Origin: Omnitrophica bacterium GWA2_41_15 | GTDB taxonomy: Bacteria > Omnitrophota > Gorgyraeia > Gygaellales > UBA12090 | Direction: 5' to 3' | NCBI GenBank assembly: GCA_919902675.1 | Contig: CAKKRH010000001.1 | Coordinates: 128,003-192,002 of the forward strand | DNA: 64,000 nt | Part shown: positions 60,662 through 64,000 of the stretch, piece after piece | Numbering within the stretch: position 1 is the first letter of the stretch | Layout of the letters: each line of letters starts with the position of its first letter | The notes under the pieces: model-generated | Seen by the model: only the letters and a program-made list of their open reading frames with translations | Database searches by the model: none | Told to the model about the DNA's origin: nothing | Made by a program: the position numbers and the translations under genes

Positions 60662-63195
60662 TCAAGAAACAAACCCTGGAATCTTTTCTCGATGAAGGTA
60701 GGCCTTTCGCGGAACTCCTGCCTTATTTTAGCCATGAGAACGGTTTCTTCGCGCTAAAAGACGCAAGCCTGGGACAAGCCTGGGATATTTCCTTAATTGA
60801 AAGCGAAACAAAATCCAGCGTTTATTTAGAACAGTTAGCTCAGATGATCGAGGGTATCATTATCCGGCTTCCGGAAGACCTGGTGAGCTGCCAGTTTATT
60901 CTTATCTGCGATGAAGATTTAAACGACCGGCTCCAAAGCTATACTGATTTTTCCCAGGCCTTGGATAACCAGATAGTAAGAGAAGCCGCTAAAGCCAAGA
61001 TTGAACACCTGAATTCAGGAAAGGCCGGATTTTTCGAACAGCATACCGGCTCCTATTCCAGTAAAAGAATACGCTGCCTTTTTACCCTGCGCTATTTTCC
61101 TTCGGATTTAGGTATAACCTGGAGCGATAAAGTGCGGTTTTATTTTACCGGGAAGAATAACATCAGGGAAAAAATATCAACTGGTTTTTTGGCGAATTGC
61201 CAGAGTATTGCCAGGTTCTCTGATGTGGTGGAAGGGGTATTTAAGGCCTGCGAAATAAGATACAGTAAGCTTAAGGAAAAAGAGCTGCACCGCCTGCTTT
61301 ATAAATTACTGAATCCTAAACGCGCTAATGCCCTGCCTATGCCTGTATTTAGGGAAGGTGAATCCTTAACCGACCAGCTTTTATACAATTGCCCGAAAGC
61401 CTCTTTAGAGGGTTTTGAATTTGAAGGTCAACTGTGTAAGGTAGTAACCTTAAAGGAACTGCCTCTTGCTACGGAAACCGGTATGTTTACCGCGGAGCTT
61501 GCCAGGGGAACGCGCTTTTCCATGCTGGATTTATTAAAAAATTTTATTATGGTAATTAACTTCTATATCCCAAAACAGGAAGAGGCGATAAGAAGGATAA
61601 AAATGCAGAAGGCCTTCGCCTTTATGCAGCGTTCTACTTACTTCGGCGATAAGTCAATTGAGGCCTCTGAGAAAAAAGAAGAGCTTGATTCTGTTATTAG
61701 AGAGACCTTTAGCGCGGGCCATAAGATAATCTATCCCCGGATACATTTTATTGTTTCGGAAAGCTCCCAAGACAAATGCGAGAGCTCCATTGCTAACATC
61801 TTAAACATGTTATCGCGCGTAGGCTGTGAGGGCCTAAAAGAAGAGACTATCGGCGCTTCGCTCTTTTTATCATGCCTGCCTTTGTGTTTCGACCACTCTT
61901 ATGAGAGGTTTATCAAGCGCACCAGGCGTATGATCTCTTCTAACTTGAGCGATATGCTTCCTTTATACGGTTCAGTCAAGGGAACTTCTACTCCCGCGCA
62001 AGTATATTTGAATAGAAGAGGTGAATTGGTTAATTGGGATTTTTTTGACTCCAATACCAATCCGCACGCGATCATTATCGGCGCATCCGGCGCGGGAAAA
62101 AGCTTCCTGGTGAATGATTTTATCCTGCAGAACGCCCGGCTCGATGCCCATTTCTTTGTCCTGGATAAAGGAGATTCTTACCGGAAACTCTGCCAAATCT
62201 TAGGAGGCCGGTATATCAGGTTTGAGTTGAATGACCCGGTTACTATTAATCCTTTCTTAAAAGAGCCGGATGCCGAACATTTGGCATTTTTGGTCACAGT
62301 ATTATCCCAGATGTGCTCCGGCGGCGATGAAAGGGAGCGGTTGTTCAGAGAGCAGGAAGGGGTTCTGCAAAAGGCGATTCTTGCCGCTTATGAAGAGAGA
62401 AGAAATAAGGATGAGGAGGTGGTGTTATCTGACGTAGTGGATAAGCTCAAAAGCCATGCCTGTAACCGAAAACTGGGATTAGGCGAGAGCATAGGATTAA
62501 AGCTTGCCTTAAAACTTACGCCTTTTACCAGAGAAGGATCATACGGCAAGTTCTTTGACGGCAAAAATCAGTTTAAGATGGACACTAAGTTTACGGTATT
62601 TGAATTGGGGAATTTAAGCGCTCATTCCGATTTACAGCTTGTAGTTTTGCTGAACATTATGTACTTTATCACCAATTTTGTTTCACAGCTTGAGATGAAG
62701 CCCAAGCGCAAGTTCCTGCTCATAGATGAGGCCTGGAGCCTGCTGCGTTTGAAAAATACTGCTGAATTTATCACCAATTCCTTTAAGACCTATCGTAAAT
62801 ACCGCTGTTCAGCTGTGGCCATAACCCAGGAAATAACTGACCTTGTAGGGGGAGACTGCGGCATTGCCATCCAGGCAAATGCCGCGAACAAAGTGTTTTT
62901 AAAGCAAGAACCCAATGTCGTTGATTCCCTGAAGACCTTTGCTTCTTTAACGGATAAGGAAATAGAGCTCTTAAAGTCAGTGGAGACCCAGAAAGGAAAA
63001 TTTTCCGAGGCACTTTTAATCTCTGATTCATCCCGCGGCGTAATCCGCCTGGTGCCTGATCCGTTTCTTTATTGGGTGGCAACCAGCGACGCCAAAGACA
63101 ATGAATATCTGGAGAATAAAGTGCGGCAATTTGAAGGTAACTATTTAAAAGCGCTGGAAGCTTGCGCGAAGGAGCGTCCGTATGGATTACATTAA
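60658..63195 (+). CDS. TraC/VirB4 family T4SS ATPase
   Basis: 845 aa. Walker A IIIGASGAGKSFLVND, Walker B FLLIDEAWSLL. Confidence 0.85.
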   Translation: MIKKQTLESFLDEGRPFAELLPYFSHENGFFALKDASLGQAWDISLIESETKSSVYLEQLAQMIEGIIIRLPEDLVSCQFILICDEDLNDRLQSYTDFSQALDNQIVREAAKAKIEHLNSGKAGFFEQHTGSYSSKRIRCLFTLRYFPSDLGITWSDKVRFYFTGKNNIREKISTGFLANCQSIARFSDVVEGVFKACEIRYSKLKEKELHRLLYKLLNPKRANALPMPVFREGESLTDQLLYNCPKASLEGFEFEGQLCKVVTLKELPLATETGMFTAELARGTRFSMLDLLKNFIMVINFYIPKQEEAIRRIKMQKAFAFMQRSTYFGDKSIEASEKKEELDSVIRETFSAGHKIIYPRIHFIVSESSQDKCESSIANILNMLSRVGCEGLKEETIGASLFLSCLPLCFDHSYERFIKRTRRMISSNLSDMLPLYGSVKGTSTPAQVYLNRRGELVNWDFFDSNTNPHAIIIGASGAGKSFLVNDFILQNARLDAHFFVLDKGDSYRKLCQILGGRYIRFELNDPVTINPFLKEPDAEHLAFLVTVLSQMCSGGDERERLFREQEGVLQKAILAAYEERRNKDEEVVLSDVVDKLKSHACNRKLGLGESIGLKLALKLTPFTREGSYGKFFDGKNQFKMDTKFTVFELGNLSAHSDLQLVVLLNIMYFITNFVSQLEMKPKRKFLLIDEAWSLLRLKNTAEFITNSFKTYRKYRCSAVAITQEITDLVGGDCGIAIQANAANKVFLKQEPNVVDSLKTFASLTDKEIELLKSVETQKGKFSEALLISDSSRGVIRLVPDPFLYWVATSDAKDNEYLENKVRQFEGNYLKALEACAKERPYGLH

Positions 63196-63634
63196 AAAGT
63201 TTCTGATTATTTGTTTTATTCTGCTCTTAGGCGGCTGCTCTACTCTGGGCAGGAAAGACAAAGTTTTTGAAACAGGCTATCGTGCGGGAGTAAGGGAGAA
63301 TATAGAAGATTTTGCCCAGGCTTTCCACGGGAATGATTTTCCTTACTTTTACTGGTCAAGCCCGGTTGTGCAAAACGTTAAAATTCCGGCGCATATTGAG
63401 AACGGCGTATTTATCCCGGAGCATAATGAGCCGGTGGTGATTACACCTGCCGAATGGAGGAATAAACCGAGTTATCCGATAAATTGCCCCCCAGGAAAGA
63501 AAGAACCAAAACAGAAAGAAGGAGGAGAAGACTATGCGTTTAATTATCTTAATTTTAGTGTCAGGGATATTACTGTTCTGCCCGAATCTTTTACTTGCGT
63601 TAAACCAGGAAACCAAGACAAAGATTCTCATTGA
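63182..63634 (+). CDS. Hypothetical lipoprotein of the T4SS block
   Basis: Signal peptide with lipobox LLGGC. The 3' ~100 nt overlap the next ORF, so the true end or function of the tail is uncertain. Confidence 0.4.
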   Translation: MDYIKKFLIICFILLLGGCSTLGRKDKVFETGYRAGVRENIEDFAQAFHGNDFPYFYWSSPVVQNVKIPAHIENGVFIPEHNEPVVITPAEWRNKPSYPINCPPGKKEPKQKEGGEDYAFNYLNFSVRDITVLPESFTCVKPGNQDKDSH

Positions 63635-64000
63635 TGAATGGAAGCAACAGGCGGAAAAATTAGAGAAAAGCCCCCTTAAAGAAAAGGAAGGCCAAGACGA
63701 GGCACCTTCGGTTAAAGTAGAAAGCCCTAAACCAGAACTACCGGCAGTCTTTGACAAAAAAATTACCCTGCGCTCATCCGGAGTAAATTTGAAAACGCTT
63801 CTTAACAAAATTGGCGAAGTAACCGGATACAACGTTGTATATGATCCCGAGGTTGATTCAAATATCAGCGTGTCGCTTGACGCACGGGATGTGCCTGTAT
63901 GGCGGGCATTAAATACCGTGTTTTTTCCTTTAGCTTACGGTTTTAAGATAAAGGATAATGATTTGGTCATCCTGTCCCAGGAGACGCGCGCCTTTAAGCT
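63534..64000 (+). CDS. Partial (5' end) secreted protein with a secretin-N0/STN-like domain
   Basis: ATG 63534 behind AAGGAGGAG. Signal peptide MRLIILILVSGILLFCPNLLLA. ITLRSSGVNLKTLLNKIGEVTGYNVVYDPEVDSNISVSLDARDVPVWRALNTVF resembles secretin N-terminal domains. Open to the window end and absent from the ORF track. Confidence 0.5.
   Translation, partial: MRLIILILVSGILLFCPNLLLALNQETKTKILIDEWKQQAEKLEKSPLKEKEGQDEAPSVKVESPKPELPAVFDKKITLRSSGVNLKTLLNKIGEVTGYNVVYDPEVDSNISVSLDARDVPVWRALNTVFFPLAYGFKIKDNDLVILSQETRAFK

Larger units (their letters stand above)
47181..64000 (+). mobile_element. Conjugative type IV secretion block (ICE-like; right end outside the window)
   Basis: Co-linear + strand genes: VirB6/TraG_N-like, XRE regulator, replication-relaxation protein, T4CP, pilin, TraL/E/K/B/V/C-like. 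No integrase is seen in the window. Confidence 0.6.

Noticed and set aside
63356-63832. 158-aa minus-strand ORF at the right end
   Set aside because: It is antisense to two + strand ORFs that have RBSs, signal peptides and T4SS context.

Overview
This 64 kb window looks like chromosome from an anaerobic, probably uncultivated bacterium; I cannot place the lineage from sequence alone. About the first 47 kb is core metabolism, almost all on the + strand. It holds a group-3b-type [NiFe] hydrogenase with its maturation protease and an Rnf complex in the order rnfC-G-D-E-A-B. It also holds a nearly complete de novo purine pathway (purN, purB, a purS-purS-purL fusion, purQ, purF, purM, purD, purE). 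Other recognisable genes are ftsH, eno, ftsB, a tsaC-ywlE fusion, rpiB, glyA, dCMP deaminase, nrdR, a CCA-adding enzyme, a macro-Nudix fusion, aroC, aroK, spoVG and dprA. There are three tRNAs (Phe, Thr, Met), a RAYT/REP unit in a small accessory patch between tRNA-Phe and tRNA-Thr, a RelE/XRE toxin-antitoxin pair, and an ECF sigma/anti-sigma pair. From about 47.2 kb to the window end lies a conjugative type IV secretion block with F-like gene order (pilin, traL, traE, traK, traB, traV, traC-like, plus coupling protein and a replication-relaxation protein). Two things stand out. (1) An AT-rich four-gene cassette is bracketed by ~55-nt direct repeats and splits the traL-like/traE-like junction of the T4SS operon. 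It encodes an HhH-GPD glycosylase-like protein, a SIR2-like protein, a fused MNT-nucleotidyltransferase/HEPN protein and a DUF4238 protein. I consider it the best candidate for an undescribed defence or exclusion system. (2) Heptanucleotide-periodic repeat tracts pervade the window. An identical 30-nt (AGTCCAC)4AG module sits in frame four times in purL, purQ and purD, with related tracts in purM and purL. Inverted heptamer arrays form hairpins in several intergenic spacers. One heptamer tract frameshifts a large secreted-protein gene. All calls rest on reading the sequence and remembered family motifs; no database search was run.
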